From Candidatus Competibacteraceae bacterium (GTDB taxonomy: Bacteria > Bacteroidota > Bacteroidia > CAIKAF01): a stretch of DNA of 64,000 bases. A model generated the notes under the pieces. It did not search any database, had not been told where the DNA came from, and saw nothing but the letters and a program-made list of their open reading frames with translations. Within the stretch, counting starts at the first letter, position 1, and each line of letters opens with the position of its first letter. Positions 1 through 9,199 of the stretch are shown here, piece by piece. The DNA is taken from the NCBI GenBank assembly GCA_014879445.1, contig JACSSC010000026.1:2033-66032 (forward strand). Reading direction: 5' to 3'. The position numbers and the translations under genes were made by a program.

Positions 1-212
1 TTAGCTACAACAACATCCCAATTACTCCCGTTATGCACTTTGCCAATATGATAAATATTCCCTCCTGTCGTTTTCATATCAACCGAATACACAATTGTAC
101 TTGAAAATTCTGTTGATTCTTGTTTCCATGTTTGGGTAAACATGGTATGTTGAGAAAATGCAAAATTGAAAATCAATCCCAATGATACAATAAGCGAACT
201 TAAAACCTTCAT
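1..212 (-). CDS. Partial CDS (first ~70 codons; gene continues past the window start) encoding a signal-peptide protein of unknown function
   Basis: ATG at 212 on the minus strand. Translation MKVLSSLIVSLGLIFNFAFSQHTMFTQTWKQE... is a typical Sec signal peptide. The frame stays open to position 1. It is absent from the ORF track only because the window edge truncates it. Confidence 0.4.
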   Translation of the reverse strand, partial: MKVLSSLIVSLGLIFNFAFSQHTMFTQTWKQESTEFSSTIVYSVDMKTTGGNIYHIGKVHNGSNWDVVVA

Positions 213-414
213 GATAATTTGAATTTTTATTGCTCAAATTTCTAGCATATGGAATATCCAAAATGAAAAATGATATGAAAGAAGTTTAGAATGTTATAAA
301 AGGACAAAAAGATGTAACGAGCATTTCAAATGTCTTTAAAAAGCCCTGATTAGTTTTAAGTAATCTGAATTCTACAATTCAAATTTTCATGATAAATCAA
401 GTAATTATTGCCAC

Positions 415-1752
415 CTACAACAATTCATTCGCCACATTGGCCAATTCGCTTCTTTCACCTTTTTCGAGTGTAATATGAGCATGAATAGGATGGTGATGCA
501 TCCTATCAATTAAATAGCTAAGGCCATTACTTTGTGTATCAAGATACGGTGTGTCAATTTGATAAATGTCACCTGTAAAGATAATTTTAGTATTTTCTCC
601 GGCTCTGGTAATAATGGTTTTCACCTCGTGAGGTGTAAGATTTTGAGCTTCATCAACTATAAAAAAAATATTTGACAGAGAACGACCACGAATATAGGCA
701 AGTGGTGTAACAACAAGCTTTTCCGACTCAAGCATTTCTTGCACCTTCTTACCATCTTTATCTCTTTCCTCAAATGTATTTTGAATATATTTCAGGTTGT
801 CATATAACGGCTCCATATATGGGTTTAGTTTTGATTTAATGTCGCCAGGCAGATATCCGATATCTTTATTGCTAAGTGGCACAATAGGCCTGGCTAAATA
901 TATTTGTCTGAAATCACGACGTTGCTCCAGTGCGCCGGCAAGTGCAATCAGTGTTTTTCCTGTTCCTGCAACACCTTGTACTGTAACCAATTTTACATTC
1001 GGATTCATGATGGCATGAAAAGCAAATACTTGTTCTGCATTACGTGGTTTAATATTATATGCAGTACGTTTTTCCACCCTTTCTATCTTTCGTATGAAAG
1101 GGTTAAATGTGGCAAGAACTGAGGTTTTACTGTTTTTTAAAATAAAATAGTGGTTGGGAATAGGTGCTTCATCAAAAATCTCTTTCACTTCACAAAAACC
1201 CTCCTGATATATTTTTTCAATAATGTCATGATTTACACCTTCGATCGTACTTTTTCCTTTGTATAAATCATCAACATTTTTAACCTTTCCGGTTTCAAAA
1301 TCTTCTGCAAAAAGATTCAATGATTTAGCTTTAAGTCGGAGATTTACATCTTTGGTAACCAATATTACCTTCCGATCGTTATTTTCTTGCTGTAACCGTA
1401 TCGCTGCATTCAGTATTTTGTGATCAATTTTGTTATCACCAAAAACTTTTCTTGCATCCGGAGTACTATTTTCTTCCATAACTACACGAAAACGACCCAA
1501 GCCATTTCCGTTAAGCTGTATCCAGTCAGTGAGTGAGCGGCCTTCGGAATACCCGTCAATCACACGGATAAATTCTCTTGCTTCAAAATTTTTTGTATCA
1601 TTCCCTTTTTTAAAATTATCCAACTCTTCCAAAACGCTAATAGGAATAGCAACATCGTTTTCTGCAAAGCTTTCAAGAGCGGTATGATTGTATAAAATAA
1701 CGGAGGTGTCAAGGACAAAAATTTTGGGCTGTTGCTTTTTCTTTGGACTCAT
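415..1752 (-). CDS. PhoH-like ATPase with N-terminal PIN domain (YlaK/PhoH2-type)
   Basis: N-terminal PIN-like region (FVLDTSVIL...D residues), then Walker A GVAGTGKTLIALAG and a PhoH-type C-terminal domain. ATG at 1752. 445 aa. Confidence 0.85.
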   Translation of the reverse strand: MSPKKKQQPKIFVLDTSVILYNHTALESFAENDVAIPISVLEELDNFKKGNDTKNFEAREFIRVIDGYSEGRSLTDWIQLNGNGLGRFRVVMEENSTPDARKVFGDNKIDHKILNAAIRLQQENNDRKVILVTKDVNLRLKAKSLNLFAEDFETGKVKNVDDLYKGKSTIEGVNHDIIEKIYQEGFCEVKEIFDEAPIPNHYFILKNSKTSVLATFNPFIRKIERVEKRTAYNIKPRNAEQVFAFHAIMNPNVKLVTVQGVAGTGKTLIALAGALEQRRDFRQIYLARPIVPLSNKDIGYLPGDIKSKLNPYMEPLYDNLKYIQNTFEERDKDGKKVQEMLESEKLVVTPLAYIRGRSLSNIFFIVDEAQNLTPHEVKTIITRAGENTKIIFTGDIYQIDTPYLDTQSNGLSYLIDRMHHHPIHAHITLEKGERSELANVANELL

Positions 1753-1970
1753 GTGTTGAAATATTTAATAGTAAAATCAAATATGGGCATGAATAACGTG
1801 AATAAACATAAAGAATATAAATAACCTGAATGAAAGTTTTAAACCTATCCCCATACATAATTTATTCTTCTGTTTATCAGGTGCTTGAATTAATCACAAA
1901 TCCATATTGAAAACTTTTTCTACAATATGTATGGTTTGATTATTAAAAAAAAGAAATTTATCCTTTGATT

Positions 1971-2612
1971 ATGAATCAAGAAGAAATACGTAAACGAAAC
2001 CGTGAATTGCTGTCGCATTATTTTCCTGCTGGCACAAGCGAGATTGCATACGATTGGATACAGAAGTACAGATTTCGATTTCGAATTAGTAGAAGCAGGC
2101 AAACACGTTTTGGTGATTTTCAAGCATCCTTACGAGCGGATTTTCCACACAAAATATCGGTTAATCACGATCTAAACCCTTATGCATTTCTAATTACTTT
2201 TTTGCACGAAGTAGCACATCTGATTACCCATAACAAATACCGTGATAAAGTGCAGCCACACGGCCCTGAGTGGAAACAAGAATTTTCTGACTTATTACTT
2301 GTATTTATGAATAAGCAGGTTTTTCCTGAAGATATTGAGCAGGCGCTTAACAATACCATTCTTAACCCAAAAGCATCATCCTGCACCGATCACCAATTAT
2401 TTCGTGTATTAAAGAAATATGATCAAAAGCCGGTTGTGCACTTAGAAGAACTCCCGACAGATTCAATTTTTTCATTAGGCAAAAATGGAATTTACAAAAA
2501 AGGAATAAAGCGTAGAACTCGCTATTTGTGTCAACATATGGAGTCGAAAAAAACTTATCTAATCAGTGGTATTGCAGAAGTGCAAATTATCACTTCATCC
2601 ATTCCATTTTAG
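1971..2612 (+). CDS. SprT-like zinc metallopeptidase family protein
   Basis: HExxH motif in FLHEVAHLITH with an SprT-like surrounding pattern. The track start at 1965 is TTG; the first ATG is at 1971. Divergent from the PhoH-like gene. Confidence 0.65.
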   Translation: MNQEEIRKRNRELLSHYFPAGTSEIAYDWIQKYRFRFRISRSRQTRFGDFQASLRADFPHKISVNHDLNPYAFLITFLHEVAHLITHNKYRDKVQPHGPEWKQEFSDLLLVFMNKQVFPEDIEQALNNTILNPKASSCTDHQLFRVLKKYDQKPVVHLEELPTDSIFSLGKNGIYKKGIKRRTRYLCQHMESKKTYLISGIAEVQIITSSIPF

Positions 2613-2700
2613 ATTTTACAGAATAAGTTTTTCCTAACAATTATAATATCGTTTACGGGTATGCAAAGAAATTATCATCTTAGCAGTCAGATTAGCTATT

Positions 2701-4845
2701 ATGGGAAGAAATAAAAAAAAGGGTAATGTGCCCAACCGGATTGAGCAGGAAATTTTAGACATTTTAAAAGAAGATAGTCACATTTCGTTGAACTATAAGC
2801 AAATCGCTGCTCGCCTTAATATCAGCGACACAAAGGGTCGCAATCATGTTCAACAATGTCTTGTAAAACTTGAAGAACGAGGCCTAATTGATGAAGAAGA
2901 AACGGGCAAATACAAATTGCCCATTCATATCCAGTATATAGAAGGAAGAGTAGATATGTCGGGGTCAGGAAATGCTTATATCGTATGCGACTCCATTAAA
3001 GAAGATATATATGTTGTTTCGGGAAATCTAAAAAATGCATTGCATGGCGACAGGGTTAAAGTGTTTGTATATGCCCGAAAAAAAGGACAAAAATTTAAGG
3101 GCGAAGTAGTTGAAATTCTTGAACGTGCCAGAACTGAATTTGTGGGGACGCTGGAGGTTACGAATAAATTTGCATTTCTAAGCCCTGATAATGAAAAGAT
3201 GTTTCACGATATTTTCATACCGTTGAAAGATTTGAATGGAGGGAAAAATGGACAAAAAGCCATAGCCCGAATAAATGAATGGACTGAAAAATCAAAAAAT
3301 CCGGTAGGAGAGATCATCAAAGTATTAGGCAATCCAGGCGACAACGAAACTGAGATGCATGCTATCTTAGCTGAGTTTGGGCTTCCGATAGAATTTCCTG
3401 ATGAAGTGGAGGCCGTTGCCGAGCGTATCTCATTTGATGTGCTAGAAGATGAAATAAAAAAACGTCGCGATATGCGACAAGTGCCGACATTTACGATTGA
3501 TCCCGAGGATGCAAAAGATTTTGATGACGCCCTTTCAGTTTCGGTCCTTCCAAACGGCAATATTGAAGTAGGCGTTCACATCGCAGACGTTTCATACTAT
3601 GTACACGAAAACTCATTGCTTGACAATGAAGCATATCGCCGTGCCACTTCTGTTTATCTGGTTGATCGTGTAGTACCCATGTTGCCAGAAAAACTTTCTA
3701 ACGGAGTTTGCTCTCTTCGACCAAATGAAGATAAGCTTTGCTTCTCTGCAATTTTTGAGATGAATCATCAAGCAGAAGTAATACATTACTGGATAGGTCG
3801 TACAGTCATTCACTCCCAAAAACGTTTTAGTTATGAACAAGCACAAGAAGTGATTTTAACTAAAAAAGGAGACATGCAAGAACAAATAGCGATTCTAAAC
3901 CACTTGGCGGGAATACTTCGCAAAAAAAGATTTGAAAATGGTGCATTGCGTGTTGAACAAACAGAAGTAAAATTCAGGATAGACGAAAAGGGAAGACCAA
4001 CAGATGTATTTTTTAAAGAAAGTAAAGATGCCAATTGGCTCATTGAAGAATTTATGCTTTTGGCAAATAAACATGTAGCTATATTTATTGGATTAAAAGA
4101 CAAATCACAAAAAGAAATCAAGACCTTTGTGTACAGAATACACGACCAGCCAAAAGAAGAAAAGTTATCAGAGCTTAAAAGATTTGTTGCCAATTTTGGA
4201 TACAAGCTCGACCTCAATTCTCCCAAAACCATAAGCGCCAGCATCAATAAAATGCTAAGTGATGTAAAAGGCAAACCCGAGGCCGATATGATTGAAAATT
4301 TAACCATCCGCAGTATGGCCAAAGCCATTTACACAACCGACAATATTGGTCATTATGGGCTGTCGTTTGATTATTATACACACTTCACATCACCCATCCG
4401 AAGATATCCGGACGTGATGGCTCACCGGCTTTTACAACATTATATTGAGGGTGGCGCATCTGTTAAAAAAGAAGCACTTGATGCAAAATGCAAGCACTCC
4501 TCTGATATGGAAAAGCGTGCTGCTGAAGCAGAAAGAGCGTCTATCAAATACAAACAAGTTGAATATTTGTCGGAGCGCATTGGTAACCAATTCAAGGGCG
4601 TTATTACAGGAATCACCGAATGGGGGGTATATGTTGAAATTATTGAAAATAAATGTGAAGGTATGATTCGTCTGCGTGACCTAGAAGATGATTATTATTT
4701 TTTTGATGAACGAAATTATCAAATACGCGGCACCCGAACTGGGAACATATACCGACTAGGCGATAAAGTTATAATCCGGGTGAAACAAACCAATATAGAA
4801 AAACGTACCATTGACTTTGAAATGATTGGAATGACAGATGAATAA
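2701..4845 (+). CDS. rnr: Ribonuclease R (3'-5' exoribonuclease, RNB family, VacB)
   Basis: 714 aa. N-terminal HTH/cold-shock-like region, RNB catalytic core (DPEDAKDFDDALSV, LVDRVVPMLPE...) and a C-terminal S1 domain (GVITGITEWGVYVEI). Confidence 0.92.
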   Translation: MGRNKKKGNVPNRIEQEILDILKEDSHISLNYKQIAARLNISDTKGRNHVQQCLVKLEERGLIDEEETGKYKLPIHIQYIEGRVDMSGSGNAYIVCDSIKEDIYVVSGNLKNALHGDRVKVFVYARKKGQKFKGEVVEILERARTEFVGTLEVTNKFAFLSPDNEKMFHDIFIPLKDLNGGKNGQKAIARINEWTEKSKNPVGEIIKVLGNPGDNETEMHAILAEFGLPIEFPDEVEAVAERISFDVLEDEIKKRRDMRQVPTFTIDPEDAKDFDDALSVSVLPNGNIEVGVHIADVSYYVHENSLLDNEAYRRATSVYLVDRVVPMLPEKLSNGVCSLRPNEDKLCFSAIFEMNHQAEVIHYWIGRTVIHSQKRFSYEQAQEVILTKKGDMQEQIAILNHLAGILRKKRFENGALRVEQTEVKFRIDEKGRPTDVFFKESKDANWLIEEFMLLANKHVAIFIGLKDKSQKEIKTFVYRIHDQPKEEKLSELKRFVANFGYKLDLNSPKTISASINKMLSDVKGKPEADMIENLTIRSMAKAIYTTDNIGHYGLSFDYYTHFTSPIRRYPDVMAHRLLQHYIEGGASVKKEALDAKCKHSSDMEKRAAEAERASIKYKQVEYLSERIGNQFKGVITGITEWGVYVEIIENKCEGMIRLRDLEDDYYFFDERNYQIRGTRTGNIYRLGDKVIIRVKQTNIEKRTIDFEMIGMTDE

Positions 4846-5317
4846 TATGATAAAACACAAACTGCTATTTATATGCATCGTTTTGGGCTGGAGCTGTGGC
4901 TCGCCTGTAAAAAAGGAAAATGATAAAGACAAACAATTTGATTCTGAAACAGCTACACTATCCAACACCTATAATGTAGATACCGGACTGCATAACCGAA
5001 ATCAGGAATTACCCGAACCAGAAGGAAAAATTAAATCAACGGTAAACATTGCCAACACGCCTGTGTTTAAAGATCGAATAGCCACTCAAGATGATGTAAA
5101 AAATGGGCTTGCCATTTTCAGCATTGAAGGAAAAGGGAAGAAGCATACTCCGGCCAACATTAAGCTGCCGTTTTATGCTCTCATGACATATCAAAACGAA
5201 CAGGTAACAGCTATTATAGTTCAGGCAGAAGTACTAGATGGCGACACTTTGTATGGATATAAAAACGGAAAAGGAGTGATTGGCATGTGTACTTCATCCG
5301 AATTTTCGTTCAAATAA
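4838..5317 (+). CDS. Hypothetical lipoprotein
   Basis: Start overlaps the rnr stop by 8 nt. N-terminus MNNMIKHKLLFICIVLGWSCGS is a lipoprotein-type signal with Cys. No recognisable domain. Confidence 0.5.
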   Translation: MNNMIKHKLLFICIVLGWSCGSPVKKENDKDKQFDSETATLSNTYNVDTGLHNRNQELPEPEGKIKSTVNIANTPVFKDRIATQDDVKNGLAIFSIEGKGKKHTPANIKLPFYALMTYQNEQVTAIIVQAEVLDGDTLYGYKNGKGVIGMCTSSEFSFK

Positions 5318-5372
5318 GTTGTGTAATAAAAAAAAAAGATTATAAATTGCATACTTAATTAAACATTTTATT

Positions 5373-6419
5373 ATGAAAAAATCATTACTAACATTATTTG
5401 CATTGGGTATGGCTGTCGTAAGTTATTCTCAATTCACTATCGTAAGTGCTGATATGCCTAGTGTAGGTAATATCATCGTAAGACAATCAGACACACTCTC
5501 AGTATTTTTTCCCGGAGCTGCGGGTTCGGGTGTATTGTGGGATTTTACTGCGGCTATAGCGCATGAGCCAGAAACTACATTTGTGGTTGCTCCATCCACT
5601 ACGCCCTTTGCATCAGATTATCCAACATCCAATCTGGCATTTACAAGGGATAATAACAACTTTATGTTTCTTACTAATTCTCCTTCTGGTTTAACCGTGC
5701 AGGGTTTGGGTGGCAACTATATTACCGGAAACGATGTATTGGCTTTTAATCCAGAACTTACCATGTATGAGTTTCCGCTTGCATACAACGACAATATGAG
5801 TGACAACTATGCTGTTGAACTGGAAACCGATGGTTCGTCATTCGGTGTATATAAAATTAAATTCAAAAGGTCAGGCACAGTTGAAGATACAGTTGATGGA
5901 TACGGAACACTTAAAACTCCTTACGGCACATATGAAGCACTTCGGGTAAAAAGACACGAAGTGGCGATTGATTCTGTGTTCATCAAATATTTGAGTGATT
6001 TGGAGCCATGGTCGCTTTTTTATGATAGCAATGCCCCTATGATTACGTATTCTTGGCTCACTAAAGAAGAAAAATTGCCTACAGTAGAAATGACTATGAA
6101 TGCCACAGGTGATACTGCCGCCACATTTGTATTCTCAACTTCAATTGGTACTTTTTCAATCGAAGAAGAAAATTACACACAAGCCATTGTAGCACCCAAT
6201 CCGGCTAACGATTTAACTTCAATATATCTTCCATACTCTATAACGGTAGAAAAGACACAATTTCGCCTGACAGATATACATGGAAAAGTTGTACAAAGTC
6301 GCTTTGTAATGAGTGGGAACAGAATTGATGTGCACCTGGATGCATTGCCTTCAGGCGTTTATATTTACTATATTGAAGGCGGTCCGTTACCCATTACAGG
6401 CAAGCTGATTAAAAATTAA
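5373..6419 (+). CDS. Secreted protein with T9SS type-A C-terminal sorting domain (unknown function)
   Basis: Signal peptide MKKSLLTLFALGMAVVSYSQ. The C-terminal ~75 aa (VAPNPANDLTSIYLPY...GVYIYYIEG...KLIKN) match the Por_Secre_tail pattern. Confidence 0.75.
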   Translation: MKKSLLTLFALGMAVVSYSQFTIVSADMPSVGNIIVRQSDTLSVFFPGAAGSGVLWDFTAAIAHEPETTFVVAPSTTPFASDYPTSNLAFTRDNNNFMFLTNSPSGLTVQGLGGNYITGNDVLAFNPELTMYEFPLAYNDNMSDNYAVELETDGSSFGVYKIKFKRSGTVEDTVDGYGTLKTPYGTYEALRVKRHEVAIDSVFIKYLSDLEPWSLFYDSNAPMITYSWLTKEEKLPTVEMTMNATGDTAATFVFSTSIGTFSIEEENYTQAIVAPNPANDLTSIYLPYSITVEKTQFRLTDIHGKVVQSRFVMSGNRIDVHLDALPSGVYIYYIEGGPLPITGKLIKN

Positions 6420-6431
6420 AATCATAAAAAA

Positions 6432-6460
6432 ACAGCCGGACATGCCGGCTGTTTTTTTTT
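6432..6460 (+). terminator. Rho-independent terminator downstream of the 5373..6419 gene
   Basis: Perfect 8-bp stem acagccgg / ccggctgt with a 5-nt loop, followed by T9 (6452..6460). Sits 13 nt after the stop codon. Confidence 0.7.
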
Positions 6461-6598
6461 ATAATGTACATAATCTAAATTTTGATTAGCCCATATCCTA
6501 TTTATTGATGATTTGTTTTGTCGGAATAAAAAAGAAATCACTACCACATTCATCACTTCCAAAACTTCCCATTCTGGGTTCAGATTTTACACGCTCAA

Positions 6599-8242
6599 CT
6601 ACTGAAAAAAGCTCAGATGAAGTAAGAATTCCATCGTGTCCGCCCAACGAACGAAGCGCCTCCAATAATCTGGTGACGACTTCCCTTTATACCCATCTGG
6701 CACTTCTTCTTTGCCCCCGGATGTAAGAAAACGCCTCGTGATTTTTTTTAATTTCTTACTCATATATTCATCATGTTCCATCTGCTGATAGATATTGCTC
6801 CCAAAAGTTTCGTTACGATTTTGGCACAAACTAATCTGATTATTAAATGCGCCACCGAAACAGACATCAAATACAACAAAAATCTGTTTGGCAGGAATTT
6901 TATTTATCATTTTGCCAATCTTGCTAAATGGAATATATGAATGAAGATAAGGATCTGCGTTGGGAGATTTTGATTCTTTACATACTATATAGCCCTCGTC
7001 AAAATATGTATCATTGTAGTACCCATGCCCAGCAAAAAAAATAAATAATTGTGCATTGCTGTCTAGTGTTGATGCATAATTCATAATGTTACGATATATC
7101 GAATTAGCCGAACTATCAATTAGTATTTTAGTTTGAAACCCATATGAATCTCGCAACACATTGCCGATGCTAACAGCATCAAGAACCGGGTTTGAGAGTG
7201 TGCTCCAAACGCTTTTTGCATCATAATGATCCGTGGCAATAAGCAAAGCATGCTTCCCTGAAATAGTTTGTCTAATATTAGTATGCTGACTTACCATATC
7301 AGGCCCACGTGACAAATGCTGTATGTCAGGAACAATATAAAAAAGATCTTCATAAAAAGACTTTTCAGAAAAAAGCGTTGTATAAATTCCCGAAAACCTT
7401 TCTCCTTTTAATTCTTGGGTTAACAATTCCACATATACTCTTTGCGGGGTAGTAAAAACCTGCAATAAGTTTGTTGTTTGAGAAATAAAATACATCAGTG
7501 GACCATGTGGGATATTACCATATTGATCGAGCCCGATAGTTGAAGGCAATAAGAAAACGCGGTTTTTGCTTAATAATGAAGAAACCTGCATATTCGATCT
7601 CAAAACTTTTTTTACAAACAATTTTGGAAAATCTTTATTAAACCCTGACTCCGTTATAAAAAGCTGATTTCTTGCCTGAATCAACTCGAACAAATCCTTA
7701 ATTTCTTGAGTATTGATTGCATAGTTTTTTGAAGCGATTGCCCATCTTAATGAATCATTATAATCATCCTTGACAACACCCGAATGATTTATATCATAAG
7801 TTAAAAAATAATTTTCAGAGGGGTCGAATTTTGACTCTACCGAAACCCCAGCAAATGAGAAGATAAAATAATCTTCAGGCATAGCCAATTCAATCACATT
7901 ATTGATAGCGTTCAATATATTTTCTTTAGTTGCCTGCATCTCTGTTAGCAATTGTGCATGAAAAAAAACCGAATCGTTGTCAATTAGGTACGTGGGATTG
8001 TTTTTCCCGAATACAGTATTTGGATTAATTAAGTTAACCTTGTTTTGTTTAGCTATAGTTTGAATTAGAAGTTGGGCATCTGATATGCAGTTTCGAAATT
8101 CTCCGTAAAATCCATTTTGGTTTATGCCGACAGAGATAACAAATATCCTACCACGGGGAATAGTATCCACTCCACCATCAATTTGCTTTGCAAATATTAA
8201 ATGAGATAACAAGAGTAGTAAAAAAGTAAAATAATTTTTCAT
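6599..8242 (-). CDS. Secreted peptidase C14 (caspase-fold) protein with tandem caspase-like domains. The N-terminal copy lacks the catalytic His; the C-terminal copy keeps the His-Cys dyad.
   Basis: Signal peptide MKNYFTFLLLLLSHLIFA. Second domain: KHALLIATDHY...FIFFAGHGY (His codon at 7025..7027) and QIFVVFDVCFGG (Cys codon at 6860..6862). The first domain has the parallel pattern RIFVISVGINQ...YFIFSFAGVSV, with H replaced by V. Confidence 0.7.
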   Translation of the reverse strand: MKNYFTFLLLLLSHLIFAKQIDGGVDTIPRGRIFVISVGINQNGFYGEFRNCISDAQLLIQTIAKQNKVNLINPNTVFGKNNPTYLIDNDSVFFHAQLLTEMQATKENILNAINNVIELAMPEDYFIFSFAGVSVESKFDPSENYFLTYDINHSGVVKDDYNDSLRWAIASKNYAINTQEIKDLFELIQARNQLFITESGFNKDFPKLFVKKVLRSNMQVSSLLSKNRVFLLPSTIGLDQYGNIPHGPLMYFISQTTNLLQVFTTPQRVYVELLTQELKGERFSGIYTTLFSEKSFYEDLFYIVPDIQHLSRGPDMVSQHTNIRQTISGKHALLIATDHYDAKSVWSTLSNPVLDAVSIGNVLRDSYGFQTKILIDSSANSIYRNIMNYASTLDSNAQLFIFFAGHGYYNDTYFDEGYIVCKESKSPNADPYLHSYIPFSKIGKMINKIPAKQIFVVFDVCFGGAFNNQISLCQNRNETFGSNIYQQMEHDEYMSKKLKKITRRFLTSGGKEEVPDGYKGKSSPDYWRRFVRWADTMEFLLHLSFFQ

Positions 8243-8272
8243 ACAATTACAATATTGAACATGGGTTGTGTC

Positions 8273-9199
8273 CTATTTACTCATACTATTATCAGCTAAA
8301 AATTCTTCATACAACTTATGAATAATTCCATCCGAAAGACCTACTTTAGGAACAAAGATAGATTTGATATCGGCATTTTTGCATATGTGAAGATATATTT
8401 CGGCAGCCGGCACAATGACATCCGCTCTATCTGGATTTAAGCTATATTTTCTTATTCTTGAGGAAATAGATGTGTCTTTAAGTTTTTGATAAATGTCTTT
8501 CAATTGGCTTCGTGTAAATGGATTGCCTTCCGTTTCACCAGATAGTTTTTGTAATTTGATAATATTACCACCGCTTCCAATACCCATAATGTTGGGGTAT
8601 AATTCTTGCAACATCTGACATTGATATTTTAGGCGTTGCCATTCCTCTTTATCGATTTTATCATGTAACATCCGAACTGTGCCAATATTAAAGGACTCTG
8701 CATATCTCTTTTTTCCCTTGCTAAACAATGTAATTTCGGTACTTCCTCCACCCACATCAATATATAGATAGGCCCTGGAATGTGTCAATGCGTCGGCTAT
8801 ATGATTACTGTATATTAAATCCGCTTCCGTTTTACCATCAATAATAGCAATATCAATTCCTGATTGCTCTTTAATAGTGCGAATAATATCGCTTGCATTT
8901 TTGGCTTCACGCATAGCAGATGTTGCACATGCTCTATATCCTTTCACTTCATGAATTTCGATTAGATTACGAAATGCCAGCATTGCCTTTATCAGTTTAT
9001 CAATTTTGGCTTGCGAAACAATGCCATTCACAAATACATCTTCACCCAATCTGATTGGCACGCGGGTAAGCGCTACTTTTTTGAAAACCGAAATTCCCTC
9101 ATCATTATGATAAATATTATAAAACAGAAGACGAACAGCATTACTGCCAATATCTATTGCTGCAAATTTCACATATTCTGGGTCTTCAATCCATTCCAT
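8273..9199 (-). CDS. Ppx/GppA family phosphatase (exopolyphosphatase / guanosine pentaphosphate phosphohydrolase, short form)
   Basis: FAAIDIGSNAVRLL...YIDVGGGSTEITLF actin-like ATPase motifs of Ppx/GppA. The track start (9244) is TTG; an in-frame ATG at 9199 gives an MEWIEDPEY N-terminus. Confidence 0.8.
   Translation of the reverse strand: MEWIEDPEYVKFAAIDIGSNAVRLLFYNIYHNDEGISVFKKVALTRVPIRLGEDVFVNGIVSQAKIDKLIKAMLAFRNLIEIHEVKGYRACATSAMREAKNASDIIRTIKEQSGIDIAIIDGKTEADLIYSNHIADALTHSRAYLYIDVGGGSTEITLFSKGKKRYAESFNIGTVRMLHDKIDKEEWQRLKYQCQMLQELYPNIMGIGSGGNIIKLQKLSGETEGNPFTRSQLKDIYQKLKDTSISSRIRKYSLNPDRADVIVPAAEIYLHICKNADIKSIFVPKVGLSDGIIHKLYEEFLADNSMSK

Noticed and set aside
3204-4328. Antisense ORFs inside rnr (3204..3560, 3613..3846, 3831..4328), and similar shadow ORFs inside the giant T9SS genes (19231..20064, 21837..22163, 23039..23637), pyrB (42204..42593), glyQS (38981..39546) and others
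   Set aside because: They lie entirely within confidently identified genes on the opposite strand, have low-complexity or odd composition, and have no motifs. They are typical shadow ORFs.
6505-6726. Plus-strand 73-aa ORF overlapping the 3' end of the caspase-like gene and the terminator region
   Set aside because: It overlaps a well-supported minus-strand CDS and shows no signal of being a real protein.
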